A stretch of 64,000 nt of DNA from contig CAVYZN010000033.1 in assembly GCA_963773065.1 (NCBI GenBank), positions 1-64,000 on the forward strand. Reading direction: 5' to 3'. The position numbers and the translations under genes were made by a program. The stretch is from an uncultured Gammaproteobacteria bacterium. GTDB lineage: Bacteria; Pseudomonadota; Gammaproteobacteria; UBA9214. A model generated the notes under the pieces. It did not search any database. It was not told where the DNA came from and saw only the letters and a program-made list of their open reading frames with translations. Position 1 is the first letter of the stretch. Each line of letters starts with the position of its first letter. Of this stretch, positions 32,104 to 43,594 are shown piece after piece.

Positions 32104-32776
32104 ATGTTTACAGGAATCATTCAGGCGGTAGGGACGATCTCTACCCTTGAGAAGCAGGGCGGTGATCTGCGTCTCGGCATCCGCACCGGCAAATTGCCCC
32201 TGGGCGATGTCGCCATCGGCGACAGCATCGCCGTCTCGGGCGTCTGTCTCACGGTGGTCGAACTGGGCGAGGGCGGATTTCGCGCCGACGTCTCCGCGGG
32301 AGACCCTGCGGCGCACCACTCTGGGAACGCTTACCGTCAACACACCGGTCAACCTGGAGAAGGCGCTGACACTCTCCACCCCGCTGGGCGGGCACCTGGT
32401 GAGCGGCCATGTGGACGGCATCGGCACGGTGATCGCGCGGCGCGAGGATAACCGCTCGGTGCAGTTCACGATCCGGGCGCCGGATGAACTGGCCCGTTAT
32501 ATCGCGACCAAGGGTTCCATCTGCGTGGACGGCGTCAGTCTCACCGTCAATGGCGTGCAGGGCGCCGAGTTCGAGCTGAACATCGTGCCGCATACCCTGA
32601 CCGTGACCACCATGAACGGCTACCGCGCGGGGCGCCAGGTCAACCTGGAGGTCGATCTGATCGCGCGCTATCTGGAGCGGCTGTTGCTGGGGGAACGGGC
32701 GGCGCATTCCGGCGCCGGCGGCGGGATCAGCCGTGAAATCCTTGCGGCCAGCGGTTTCCTGGACGGGAAGCGCTGA
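32104..32776 (+). CDS. ribE: Riboflavin synthase alpha chain (frameshift near 32295)
   Basis: MFTGII N-terminus, GDSIAVSGVCLTV, GGHLVSGHVDG and KGSICVDGVSLT. Confidence 0.95.
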
Positions 32777-32843
32777 AGCACGGGCCCCGTTCGTGGATAA
32801 TAGGACCCCAACGTTGCAGCAACTGCAGGAACCGTTCGTTGTC

Positions 32844-33953
32844 ATGTCACTGAACCGTATTGAAGAGCTTATCGAGGATATCGCCGCCGGCCGCATGGTC
32901 GTCCTGATGGACGACGAAGACCGCGAGAACGAGGGCGACCTGGTCATGGCGGCGGCGCATGTGCGCCCGGAAGATATCAATTTCATGGCGAGCCACGGCC
33001 GCGGTCTGATCTGCCTGACGCTGACGCGCGAACGCTGTGAACAACTCGCCTTGCCGCTCATGGTGCGGCGCAACGTCTCGCAGCACTCCACGAATTTCAC
33101 GCTTTCCATCGAGGCGGCGCAAGGCGTTACGACGGGCATCTCGGCGCATGACCGCGCCCGCACGGTCCAGGCGGCCGTCAGCCCGAATGCCGCCCCCGGG
33201 GATATCGTGCAACCCGGGCATATCTTCCCCCTCATGGCGCAGCCCGGCGGCGTGCTGAGCCGCGCCGGCCATACCGAGGCCGGCTGCGACCTGGCGCGTC
33301 TGGCGGGGCTGGAACCGGCCGCCGTCATCGTCGAGATCCTCAACGAGGATGGCAGTATGGCGCGGCGCCCGGATCTGGAGATCTACGCCAAAAAACACGG
33401 CCTCAAGATCGGCACCATCGAGGACCTGATCCGCTACCGCATTGAAAACGAGAAGACGGTAGCGCGTGTCTCGGGGTGTGAGCTGGCGACGGAGCACGGT
33501 TTGTTCCATCTGCATGCCTACCATGACACGATTGACGGCGCCGTCCACCTGGCGCTGGTGATGGGGGATATCACCACCGATGAACCCACCCTGGTGCGCG
33601 TGCACATGCAGAATACCCTCAGTGACCTGGCCGATGCGCAACTGGAAGGGCATCACTGGTCGCTGCGCCAGGCGCTGCGACGCATCGCGCGGGAAGGCCG
33701 GGGCGTGGTGGTGATACTGCGCTGGGAAGAACAGGATGAACTGCTGCAGCAGATCCGGGAGTATCATATGCCCGCGGATGAGTCGGTGTCTGCGAAGAAA
33801 GTGGAGCCGGCGGAGTTGCGGACCTATGGCGTCGGGGCGCAGATCATCGCCGATCTGGGGGTGCGCAAGATGCGCGTTCTGAGCGCGCCCAAGATCGTGC
33901 ACGGTATCGCCGGTTTCGGGCTGGAAGTGGTTGAATACGTTCCTTGTGAATGA
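32844..33953 (+). CDS. ribB: 3,4-dihydroxy-2-butanone-4-phosphate synthase fused to a degenerate GTP cyclohydrolase II domain (RibBX-like)
   Basis: [19 protein letters not shown] and RAGHTEA. The C-terminal domain reads [12 protein letters not shown] and lacks the zinc-binding cysteines. Confidence 0.9.
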   Translation: MSLNRIEELIEDIAAGRMVVLMDDEDRENEGDLVMAAAHVRPEDINFMASHGRGLICLTLTRERCEQLALPLMVRRNVSQHSTNFTLSIEAAQGVTTGISAHDRARTVQAAVSPNAAPGDIVQPGHIFPLMAQPGGVLSRAGHTEAGCDLARLAGLEPAAVIVEILNEDGSMARRPDLEIYAKKHGLKIGTIEDLIRYRIENEKTVARVSGCELATEHGLFHLHAYHDTIDGAVHLALVMGDITTDEPTLVRVHMQNTLSDLADAQLEGHHWSLRQALRRIAREGRGVVVILRWEEQDELLQQIREYHMPADESVSAKKVEPAELRTYGVGAQIIADLGVRKMRVLSAPKIVHGIAGFGLEVVEYVPCE

Positions 33954-34005
33954 CGGGATGCACAAGGCAGGCAACGAGCGGAATAACATCAGGATCGGGA
34001 AGACC

Positions 34006-34482
34006 ATGAACGAGATCGTAACGAAGGAAGGTGAACTGGTGATACGGGATGCGCGGATTGCCTTGCTGGTGTCCCGGTTCAACGGTTTTATCGTCGACAG
34101 CCTGCTGGCGGGCGCGCTGGATACGTTAAAACGCCATGGCGCCGATGCGCACGATCTGCAGATAATCAAGGTGCCGGGGGCCTTCGAAATGCCCCTCGCG
34201 GCGCAACGACTGGCCGCGTCCAAACGCTACGATGCCCTGATCGCGCTGGGCGCCGTCATTCGCGGCGGCACGCCGCACTTTGAGTACGTGGCGGGCGAGT
34301 GCATCAAGGGCCTGGCCGCGGTTTCCATGAAATACGATATCCCGGTCGCCTTGGGCGTGCTGACCGTGGATACGATTGAGCAGGCGATCGAGCGGGCCGG
34401 AACCAAGGCCGGCAACAAGGGCGCCGAGGCGGCACTGTCGGCGATCGAGATGATCAGCCTGCTGCGCAACCTCGACACCTGA
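34006..34482 (+). CDS. ribH: 6,7-dimethyl-8-ribityllumazine synthase
   Basis: [22 protein letters not shown] and [10 protein letters not shown]. Confidence 0.97.
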   Translation: MNEIVTKEGELVIRDARIALLVSRFNGFIVDSLLAGALDTLKRHGADAHDLQIIKVPGAFEMPLAAQRLAASKRYDALIALGAVIRGGTPHFEYVAGECIKGLAAVSMKYDIPVALGVLTVDTIEQAIERAGTKAGNKGAEAALSAIEMISLLRNLDT

Positions 34483-34500
34483 GATCGCGAGTGAGGGGTG

Positions 34501-34957
34501 ATGAATTATTCAGCACAGGCGCGTGCCAGGGCGCGGCGTTATACCATGCAGGCCCTGTACCAGTGGGATCTCTCCGGACTGGATCTTGCCGAGATCCAGC
34601 GGCAGTTCTTCGAAGCCGAGGACTTCACCAGAACCGACGGGGCTTATTTCATCGAGCTGCTCAATGAAATCCCCAGACACATCGCCACCCTGGACAAGAC
34701 GATTTCGGAACACATCGACCGGCCGATCGGGCAGATGGATCCCGTGGAGCGCGCCATTCTGCGCATCGCCTGCTATGAACTGCTGTTCCGGCACGACATC
34801 CCGTCCCGCGTCAGCCATCAACGAAGCGGTATTGCTGGCGAAGAAGTTCGGCGCCGAACAGGGGCATGCCTTCGTGAACGCCGTGCTGGATAAACTGGCG
34901 CGTAAAGCCCGGCCGGGTGAATTCTCCGGGACGGACAAACAGCTCACCGGCATCTGA
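34501..34957 (+). CDS. nusB: Transcription antitermination factor NusB (frameshift near 34810)
   Basis: RARARRYTMQALYQW, DPVERAILR and INEAVLLAKKFG...FVNAVLD. Confidence 0.95.
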
Positions 34958-34989
34958 TTGTCCGGCTTCGCCATCGGATCATTCCAGCC

Positions 34990-35964
34990 ATGGCCGAATC
35001 CGAGTTCGAGATCATTCGTCACTACTTTGCCGGCCATCGGGCGGGACGTGCGGATGTGCTGGCCGGCATCGGCGACGATGCGGCGCTGCTGCAGGTGCCG
35101 CCGGACAAGGTGCTCGCCGTGTGCATGGACACCCTGGTCGCGGGGGTGCATTTCCCGCCGGGGACTTCCGCCGCCGCCATCGGCCACAAGGCGCTGGCGG
35201 TCAACCTGAGCGACCTGGCGGCGATGGGCGCCGAGCCCGCCTGGGCCACGCTGTCCCTTGCCTTGCCCGATAATGATCCCGCCTGGCTGGATGCGTTCTC
35301 CGCCGCATTCTTTACCCTGGCCGATCGCTACGCCGTGCAACTCGTCGGCGGTGATACCACGCGCGGACCGCTGGTCATTACCGTCCAGGCGCATGGCTTC
35401 GTGCCCGCAGGAAAGGCGCTGCGGCGGCAGGGCGCGCACCCGGGTGAGCGGATCTACGTGACCGGCACGCTCGGCGATGCCGGGCTGGCCTTGCGGATGA
35501 ACGGCCCGGGCGACGCCTGGTTGCGTGACCGGCTGGATTTCCCCCAGCCCCGTATCGAGGCAGGTCTCGTGCTGCGAGAATATGCCAGCGCCGCGATCGA
35601 TGTTTCTGACGGCTTGCTGGCTGATCTCGGCCATCTGCTGGAAGGCGACCGGCTGGGCGCCTCGCTCCGGATTGATGCACTGCCGCGTTCGAAGGCCTTT
35701 CTTGCGGTCATGCAGGATAGGGATCCGGAGAGGCGGCGGTTATTCCACGAATTGCCGCTGAGCGCCGGCGATGACTATGAACTGTGCTTCACCGTGGCGG
35801 AGCCATTCTGCGGCGAAATGGAGGCGCGTCTTGCCGGGATCCCGGGCGGTTGTCGTTGGATCGGCGTCGTGGAAGCCGTCCCAGGCATCCGTTGTTACCG
35901 GGATGATGGCGAGTCTTACCGGCCCGCCGCCACCGGTTACCAGCATTTCAGTGGGTCGGCCTGA
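34990..35964 (+). CDS. thiL: Thiamine-monophosphate kinase
   Basis: EFEIIRHYF, GIGDDAA, VNLSDLAAMGA, GGDTTRG, IDVSDGL and GDDYEL. Confidence 0.96.
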   Translation: MAESEFEIIRHYFAGHRAGRADVLAGIGDDAALLQVPPDKVLAVCMDTLVAGVHFPPGTSAAAIGHKALAVNLSDLAAMGAEPAWATLSLALPDNDPAWLDAFSAAFFTLADRYAVQLVGGDTTRGPLVITVQAHGFVPAGKALRRQGAHPGERIYVTGTLGDAGLALRMNGPGDAWLRDRLDFPQPRIEAGLVLREYASAAIDVSDGLLADLGHLLEGDRLGASLRIDALPRSKAFLAVMQDRDPERRRLFHELPLSAGDDYELCFTVAEPFCGEMEARLAGIPGGCRWIGVVEAVPGIRCYRDDGESYRPAATGYQHFSGSA

Positions 35965-35966
35965 GC

Positions 35967-36449
35967 ATGCCGGCAAGGGTATCCCCGCGCCTGATGCTGC
36001 ATCCCCTGGGGTTGTTGGGCATTCGGGTTCGGCAGCGGGCTGGCGCCGCTCGCACCCGGTACGGCCGGGACACTGGCGGCGATTCCGCTTTATCTCCTCA
36101 TGCAGGACCTGCCACCCGTGTTCTACCTGGCGCTGGTGGCGCTGTTTTTTCTGACCGGTTTGCCGGTCTGTGCGCATGCGGCCCGCGCAGCTGGGGGTGC
36201 ACGATCACCCCGCCATCGTGTGGGATGAAATCGTGGGTTATCTGGCGGCGATGATGGGTGCTCCTCCAGGCTGGGCGTGGGTGGCCGCGGGATTTCTCCT
36301 GTTCCGTTTCTTCGATATCGTCAAACCCTGGCCGATCAACTGGTGTGACCGTCGGGTTCACGGCGGTCTTGGCATCATGCTCGATGATCTGCTGGCCGGG
36401 TCATTCTCGGCCATCGTGTTGCAGGTTGCGTGCCCGGTTTCTTGCCTGA
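35967..36449 (+). CDS. pgpA: Phosphatidylglycerophosphatase A (frameshifts)
   Basis: Reconstructed FGFGSGLAP.APGT.GT, HDHPAIVWDEIVG, FRFFDIVKPWPI and GGLGIMLDD. Confidence 0.92.
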
Positions 36450-36471
36450 GGCTTTTGCGGGCATTATGCCA

Positions 36472-37182
36472 TCAAGCGAGTAACGGTCTCAGCCAGCGTC
36501 GATACAGGTGGTCGGCGATCTGCTGAAGGCCGGTGATCCTTTCGGCAAGATTTTCAGTTATCGCCTCGGCTGACTGCACGGCGGGCGAGGGGGTGTCCAG
36601 TTCCTGGCGATACAGCGATGCCCATTCAACCACCATGGGGGCCGTCATTTCCACGTGGCATTGCAGTGCCAGGGTATTAGCCGTTGCAAACGCCTGGTGG
36701 GCGCAATTGTCATTCTCGAGTATGACCTCGGCATCGGCGGGGAGCGAAAAGGTTTCACCATGCCAGTGAAACAGCTCCATTCGGGAGGGCAGGCCGCACA
36801 GCCAGCTTTCCGCGGTTTTATTGGCGGTCTTGCGGACCGAGTGCCAGCCGATTTCCTTGACCGGATTGGCCGTCACCTTGCCGCCCAGCGCCTTGCTGAT
36901 GAGCTGGCCGCCAAGGCAATGCCCCAGTACCGGCAAGCCCTGTTCATGCGCCATCCGGATCAGTGCCAGCTCCTGCCCGATCCAGGGCAAGGGGTCATTG
37001 ACGCTCATCGGACCGCCCATGAAAACCAGTCCTGAACAGTCTTCGATATCCGCAGGGATCGGTGCACCCTCGTCTATCGCAATGACACGGTGGGGGATGG
37101 CAAACCGGGAGAGTACCTCGCCAAGGTAACCCGGCCCTTCACATTCGATGTGGCGAAAAATATACAGAGGTTTCATAATCAA
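36472..37182 (-). CDS. Class I glutamine amidotransferase (GMP-synthase-like)
   Basis: MGGPMSVND, LGHCLGGQL nucleophile elbow, FHWHGETF and QCHVE. Confidence 0.9.
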   Translation of the reverse strand: MIMKPLYIFRHIECEGPGYLGEVLSRFAIPHRVIAIDEGAPIPADIEDCSGLVFMGGPMSVNDPLPWIGQELALIRMAHEQGLPVLGHCLGGQLISKALGGKVTANPVKEIGWHSVRKTANKTAESWLCGLPSRMELFHWHGETFSLPADAEVILENDNCAHQAFATANTLALQCHVEMTAPMVVEWASLYRQELDTPSPAVQSAEAITENLAERITGLQQIADHLYRRWLRPLLA

Positions 37183-37217
37183 CCCGCCATGGTCCGGTCA
37201 GATGGTTTGTTCAGGAA

Positions 37218-37872
37218 ATGTCATTATCCAGAATTCTGTTACCACTCCTAGTGTTTTCGATGCTCGTGGCCTCCGTCGCCACGGCGGCGCCCGCGGTGCG
37301 TGTGGTCGGGCTTTTCAAGGATAGCGCCGTGGTCATCATCGACGGGAAACAGCGCACATTGCGGGTCGGTCAGACCAGCCCCGAGGGCGTGAAGCTGGTT
37401 TCGGCCGACAGTGAAGTCCGCTCTCCTGGAGTATGATGGCGAGGAATTCAAGGGCATGCTGGACGGGCGTGTGAGCACGCGCAAGAAGTCGCCCGCAACC
37501 CAGGAAGTTCAGATCTGGCGCAATACCCAGGGCATGTATGCCACCACCGGAAGCATCAACGGACTGCCGGTTTCCCTGCTGGTCGACACCGGTGCGACGC
37601 AGGTGGCCATGAATGCCGCCCAGGCCCGGCATCTGGGGATCGATTACCGCGTCATCGGCGTGCCGGCGGCGATTACCACGGCATCGCGGCGTGGAACGGG
37701 CCTGGGCGGTGACGCTGGATTCCGTCAAGGTCGGTGAGATCGAGCTGAGAAATGTCGCGGGTGTGGTGCTCGAAGGCGCGCAACCCAGACGATCCTGCTG
37801 GGCATGTCCTATCTTGGCCGGCTTGAGATGACCAACGACGGGCGTTTGATGACATTGCACAAGAAATACTGA
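37218..37872 (+). CDS. Clan AA (retropepsin-like) aspartic protease, TIGR02281-like (frameshifts)
   Basis: Signal peptide, [21 protein letters not shown], and a C-terminal ILLGMSYL. Confidence 0.85.
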
Positions 37873-38789
37873 ACGACGGTCGAGATCGTAGTTCCTGCCC
37901 TGAAGATAGGTCTCTGTGTTTGTCGGGGAGCCGCGTCGTGCGGCGGTGATATTCCGGGATACCCGTGCTCAGACTCACCGGCTTTACATGTTCGATCAGG
38001 GCATAGGCCGAATGATTGTGGATGGATTCGAAGTTCTCGGATTCGACGATATAGGCCGCAATACGCTCATCCCTATTCAGGCGGGTGGCGATATCCCTTA
38101 CCATGTCTTCGACAAACTTGGGATTGTTGTAGGCTTTTTCCGTTACATATTTTTCATCCGGGCGCTTCAGCAGGCCATACAACTCGCAGGAGGCCTCGGA
38201 CTCGACCATGTCAATCAGGTCCTCGATCCAGACAAAGCCGCGGGTTTCCGCGCTGACGGTGACATGGGAACGTTGATTGTGCGCCCCGTAATCGGAAATC
38301 TGCTTTGAACAGGGGCAGAGGCTGGTAACCGGAACGACCACCTTGACATTCAGTTTCGGCCGGCCTTTGGTGATTTCCCCGATCAGACTGACATCATAGT
38401 CCATCAGGCTTTCCACGCCGGTGATGGGGGCGGCCTTGTTGACGAAATAATGGAAGTTCATTTCGATGTGGCCGGCCTCGGCCTCAAGACGTTCAGTCAT
38501 CTCATGCAGCATTTCCATGAAGGAATCGACCGAGATTTCGCGTTCATGCAGATTGAGGATCTCCACGAAGCGCGACATGTGGGTACCCTTGAAATTGTGC
38601 GGCAGGTTGACGTACATGTTGAAGGTGGCGATGGTGTGCTGTTCGCCGCCGCTACGGTCCTTGACTCGCACCGGATGGCGGATGTTCTTGATGCCGACCT
38701 TATCGATCGGTAATCCGCCGTTTATCGGCACTGCCTTGCACATCGGCAATGGGTTGCGGTTCACTCTGTACGAGTTTTTTGGGTTTCAT
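37673..38789 (-). CDS. folE2: GTP cyclohydrolase I, type IB (FolE2); true stop probably near 37975, frameshift near 38710
   Basis: [47 protein letters not shown] and [13 protein letters not shown]. Confidence 0.93.
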
Positions 38790-39049
38790 TGGTCGTGATC
38801 CGGTTCAGAGCATGAGAGATATCGGGCGATTGCTGCCGCACGGGAAGGCCTTCGTTGCTTCATGCCCTGTTCAGCACACGAGCAGGTTACTCATCAAGGT
38901 AGTACATGGGAACCTGCAATAAGAGGTATACCCGCTGCAAGATATAGGCTCTGCCTATGCGTTGACCCCTGTAATCCTGAGTCAGCCGCTAGGATATTAA
39001 CCTGAGAGCGGCTGATTTACAAACCGGTTATTTCAGGGGTACTCAGGAA

Positions 39050-39954
39050 TTATCTATCTCTTTCAATAACGTATGTCGATATCCAGCGTAGGGGGTCGGC
39101 CTTTTGATCCATCCCTGCAAGGCTCTCCATGGCTTCCTCGTGGAGTTCACTGGCGCGTTGTTTTGCACCCTCCAGTCCGAATAGTGCCGGATAGGTCGAT
39201 TTCTCAAGCGACTGATCCGCCCCGCAACGCTTGCCAAGGGTCGTCGGTTTCACCTTCAACGTCGAGAATATCGTCGCGAATCTGGAAAGCCAGACCGATG
39301 CATTTTGCATAGTGATCGAGTTTTTCCAGGGTGCTTGTGGAGAAGTGCCGGGTTGGTGAGCGCGCCGAGGATCGACACTGGAGCGGATCAGTGCACCGGT
39401 TTTATGGATATGCATGTCCTCGAGTTCGGCGATACCCAGTTGCCGACCGGCGGCTGTCAGATCGATAGTCTGTCCGCCCACCATGCCACGCGAACCGGCC
39501 GCCATAGCCAGGTTTTCGATCATCAGCAGCCGGGTTTTGTCATTCTGATAGGTTTTGTCATGCGCGAGGATATAGAAGGCCAGTGCCTGCAGCGCATCAC
39601 CCGCGAGTATCGCGGTGGCTTCACCGAACGCCTTGTGGCAACTGGGTTTCCCGCGGCGCAGATCATCGTCGTCCATCGCCGGGAGATCATCATGCACCAG
39701 GGAATAGGCATGGACGAGTTCGATGGCGCAGGCCGGACTGTCCAGTTGTTCCCAGTGGCTGCCAACGGATTGGCCGCTGGCATAGACGAGGGCGGGGCGT
39801 ATGCGTTTGCCACCCCCAGTATCGCGTAGCGCATGGCTTCATGCAGGGAGGACGGGAGGGTTTTCTCGTCGGGCAGCCAGTGAGACAGACTTTTCTCGAG
39901 GCGCGCCTGGCAGCTTGCCATGAATGCCTGCAGGGAAGGATTAGGTGTCTTCAC
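39050..39954 (-). CDS. ispA: Farnesyl diphosphate synthase (frameshifts)
   Basis: LHEAMRYA, HDDLPAMDDDDLRRGKPSCH, AILAGDALQ, GMVGGQ, HKTGALI and KSTYPAL; GTG start overlaps the xseB end. Confidence 0.93.
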
Positions 39955-40183
39955 TGGCGAACGGGGCGATGTCATCCTGGCCGGATTTTTTCAACAGGAT
40001 TTCAACCTTCTGTTCGGCCTCCTTCAAGGCCTGTTGACAGGTGCGCGTCAGTTGAACGCCGCGTTCGAAATCCCGCAGGGATTCCTCCAGGCTCAGATTG
40101 CCTTGCTCCATCTTCGCAACAAGGGTTTCCAGTTCCTTGAGGGATTTCTCGAATGCGAGTGTTTCCTGTTGTTTTCTGGCCAT
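39941..40183 (-). CDS. xseB: Exodeoxyribonuclease VII small subunit
   Basis: FEKSLKELETLVAKMEQGNLSLEESL..FERGV.L...C...L..AEQKV. Confidence 0.95.
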   Translation of the reverse strand: MARKQQETLAFEKSLKELETLVAKMEQGNLSLEESLRDFERGVQLTRTCQQALKEAEQKVEILLKKSGQDDIAPFASEDT

Positions 40184-40280
40184 TGCTTGAAACTTATATC
40201 CAATCGTCCTACGTTACCCCAGCCAGGCGAGAGGGGTCAATGTCGAAGCGCCTGATGTCATCACCCAAAGAAAGCAGTAC

Positions 40281-40334
40281 TTGACCCGGAGGGATGGTGG
40301 GCTAAATTTGCATCAAGATTAGATCAATTCTAAA
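40281..40334 (+). promoter_or_regulatory. Sigma70-like promoter with downstream Fur-family (Irr/PerR-like) operator for the rubrerythrin operon
   Basis: TTGACC-N16-TAAATT followed by the inverted repeat ATTAGAT-CAA-TTCTAAA (40318-40334), close to the TTTAGAA-N3-TTCTAAA consensus. Confidence 0.55.
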
Positions 40335-40388
40335 CTTTATGCTGGCACGATACCACTGAATTCATTACTGTCGCACGAGGAAAATACT

Positions 40389-40808
40389 ATGAATCTGAAA
40401 GGCAGCAAGACGGAAAAGAATCTCAAGGATGCATTCGCCGGTGAATCACAGGCCAACCGCCGTTACCTCTATTTTGCCGCGAAGGCGGATGTCGAGGGGT
40501 ATAACGATGTCGCAACGGTATTTCGTTCCACGGCGGAAGGCGAGACCGGCCATGCCCATGGTCATCTTGAATATCTTGAACAGGTCGGCGATCCGGCTAC
40601 CGGGCTTCCCATCGGTGCCACTTCGAGTAATCTGAAGGCGGCGATTGCCGGTGAAACCCATGAGTACACCGATATGTATCCGGGGATGGCCAGATCGGCG
40701 CGCGATGAAGGTTTTGAGGAAATTGCGGATTGGTTTGAAACCCTGGCCAAGGCCGAGCGCTCTCATGCCAACCGTTTCCAGAAAGCACTCGATTCACTGG
40801 ATCAATAA
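40389..40808 (+). CDS. Short rubrerythrin (no rubredoxin domain)
   Basis: [30 protein letters not shown] and AERSHA di-iron ligands; 139 aa. Confidence 0.93.
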   Translation: MNLKGSKTEKNLKDAFAGESQANRRYLYFAAKADVEGYNDVATVFRSTAEGETGHAHGHLEYLEQVGDPATGLPIGATSSNLKAAIAGETHEYTDMYPGMARSARDEGFEEIADWFETLAKAERSHANRFQKALDSLDQ

Positions 40809-40878
40809 ACTCCTGGCACGTAGCAATTAGGGGCCGGTTGAACGGCCCCTGGTATCGTAATCCCATGGGAGCGGATTA

Positions 40879-42232
40879 ATGGCATCAACAGGTGAAGGGA
40901 AGCGGGAAGGCAGCCTGGAGGCGCCGACGCGTCATCCGCTGGACTGGACGAGTACCGGTTTCTACGATGAACAGGAACTGTTCAGGGAACTGGAACGGGT
41001 TTTTGACATCTGTCATGGTTGCCGGCGCTGTTTCAGCCTGTGCAATGCCTTCCCGACCCTGTTCGATGCGATTGACGGATCGAACACCATGGAACTGGAC
41101 GGTGTCCCCCGCGAGGTTTACTGGAAGGTGGTCGATCACTGTTACCTCTGTGACATGTGCTTCATGACCAAGTGTCCCTATGTGCCACCACACGAGTGGA
41201 ACGTGGATTTCCCGCATCTCATGTTGCGCGCCAAGGCGGTGCGGTTCAAGCAGGGTAAAGTCCGGCATGCGTGACCGCCTGTTAACCTCGACTGACACGG
41301 TCGGACGTCTCGCCGGCATACCGATAGTGACCCAGGTCGTCAATGCAACCAACAAGTCAGCAACGGGACGCCGGCTGATGGAAAAGATGCTGGATGTGCA
41401 TCATGAACGCCATCCTGCCGCAGTATCACAGCAGGACATTACGAAAGCGGCTCGGCTGCGCGTGATGTATGCCGGCATGACTGCGTGAACCAGCCGGTCA
41501 GACGCACGGCAAGGTTGCCCTGTTCGCGACGTGTTACTGCAATTACAACGAGCCGGATATCGGTGCAGACCTGGCGGCGGTGCTGGGGCATAACGGCATT
41601 CCGGTCACCACTGTCCACAAGGAGCGGTGCTGTGGCATGCCGAAACTGGAACTGGGTGATCTGGACGCCGTCAAGGCCGCCAGGGATGCCAATATCCCCG
41701 CCTTGATCCGTCTCGTTAACGAGGGCTGGGATATAATCGCGGCGGTTCCCTCCTGCGTCCTCATGTTCAAGCAGGAATTACCCCTGATGTTTCCGGATGA
41801 TCCGGACGTCGCCAGGGTCAGGGACGCCATGCTTCGATCCGTTCGAATATCTGATGCTGCGTCACAAGTACGGCAAGCTGAGAACCGATTTCAAACAGTC
41901 GCTCGGCAAGATAGCCTACCATGTGCCCTGTCACCTGCGGGTACAGAACATCGGTCTCAAGACGCGCGACCTGTTGCAACTGATTCCCGACACCCAGGTG
42001 GATGCCATCGAGCGTTGCTCGGGGCATGACGGTACCTATGCGGTAAAAGAGTGAATGTCACGAAATCTCGATGAAGATCTGTCGCCCGGTAGTCAATCGC
42101 GTGGTGCGGGAAGAGGTCGATCACTATAGCAGCGATTGTCCCATGGCCGGACACCAGATCGAGAATGGGCTGGATAACGGCAAGGCGCCCGAGCATCCAG
42201 TGAAACTGTTACGAATGGCTTATGGAATCTAG
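40879..42232 (+). CDS. Rubrerythrin-associated Fe-S oxidoreductase (GlpC/HdrB-like CCG domains; several frameshifts)
   Basis: EGSLEAPTRHP, CHGCRRCFSLC, CYLCDMCFMTKCPY, ERCCGMP, YHVPCH, RCSGHDG and C-terminal HPV.L..AYG. Confidence 0.88.
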
Positions 42233-42324
42233 CCGGGGTGTTTACGCTGGCCGTTGAATGCAGGGTGCGTATTCCCGTGGAAAGGCCAGGCGCATGGAAA
42301 TTGCCGGTAACCGATACTGACGCT

Positions 42325-42913
42325 ATGGACAAACTCACACGCAACGATCTTTACAGTCTTGAACAGTATGCGGATCACCGGCCGGCATTTCGCGCCCGTG
42401 TCATCGCACATAAAAAGAACCGCAAGCTCCCCATCGGACCGGTGGCGACCCTGTATTTCGAGGACCGTTTGACCGTTCAGTACCAGATTCAGGAGATGCT
42501 GCGGGTCGAGCGGATCTTCGAAGCCGCGGGCATCGAGGAAGAACTCGCTGCTTATAATCCGCTCATTCCGGACGGCGGCAACTGGAAAGGGACCCTCATG
42601 ATCGAGGAACCCGATGTCGGAAAGCGCCATCAACTGCTGGCCGGGCTTGATCGGGATCGAGGACAGGGTATGGGTGATGGTTGACGGGCATGAGACGATC
42701 TACGCCGTGGCGGATGAAGATCTCGATCGGGGCACGGAAGAAAAGACCTCAGCGGTCCATTTTCTGCGTTTTGAGCTGAGCCCGGCAATGGTCGAGAGAT
42801 GCAAAGGCCGGTGCGGACCGTCAGTATTGGCATCGACCATGAAGACTATACCCACCGAGTGGAGCCCGATTGCGGAGAATGTTCGCACTGCGCTGCTGGC
42901 CGATCTCGCGTGA
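42325..42913 (+). CDS. DUF3501 family protein (frameshifts)
   Basis: FEDRLTVQYQIQEMLRVE, AYNPLIP, TLMIE and KTSAVHFLRF; third gene of the Rbr-oxidoreductase-DUF3501 cluster. Confidence 0.85.
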
Positions 42914-43006
42914 GCAAGCAGCCATCAGGCAGCAAATCCGGCAATTTCCAATGATGCGATGATCAGGCTCGAAATGCGGCGACGGGCGCGCTAAACTGCG
43001 CTCCCC

Positions 43007-43562
43007 ATGAGGACACGCATACTGGCCAGGGCAATACGCCGTAGATACCGGTTTGCCGTCTTTCTTGTGTTTTTCTCTCGCCTGGTATCCGCCGATGAGG
43101 AGTCGGGGTGGACGGGACGCTCCCTTCATTGAACCGCCTGCCTGGCGGGAAGAAGCGCTGGAATTACCTGCCTATCCTCAAAAAGACCGGTTGCTTGAAG
43201 TGCCAGTAAGTTTATCCGGCTATGCCTTTCGCGTATTCATCGACCCAAATTCGCTCTCCGTGGGCGGGGACCATGTGGTGCGCTACACCGCGGTGCTTGT
43301 CTCATCAGCGAATGTATGGAACACCTCCTATGAAGGGTTGCACTGTGGTAAAAGCGAATACCGGCGCTATGCCTACGGTTCCAACGGCAACTGGTTTCCG
43401 ATTGAAGCTTCGCTCTGGCAAAGGGTGACCGATGCCGGTATGGACCACTATCGCTATGTGCTCTACTGGAATACCTGTGCGACCCCGTTCGGCCGGATCT
43501 GAATGTTGAGGAGATGTTAAAAAGGATCCGCACACCCTTCAGGAATGGTATTACATGACTAG
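43007..43562 (+). CDS. CNP1-like family exported protein (frameshifts)
   Basis: W.E....LPAYP, FIDPNSLSVG.D.VVRYT and N.SYEGLHC...EY..YAYG. Confidence 0.7.
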
Positions 43563-43594
43563 CCGCTCAGCATGTCTGACTACGGACTATAACG

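Noticed and set aside
37673-37970. C-terminal extension of FolE2 overlapping the aspartic protease gene
   Set aside because: Homology ends at YALIEH, so the extension most likely results from an indel removing the real stop.
38990-39045. Remnant of the dxs 5' end (minus-strand EYP*NNRFVNQP)
   Set aside because: It is too short and degenerate to distinguish from chance without an alignment.
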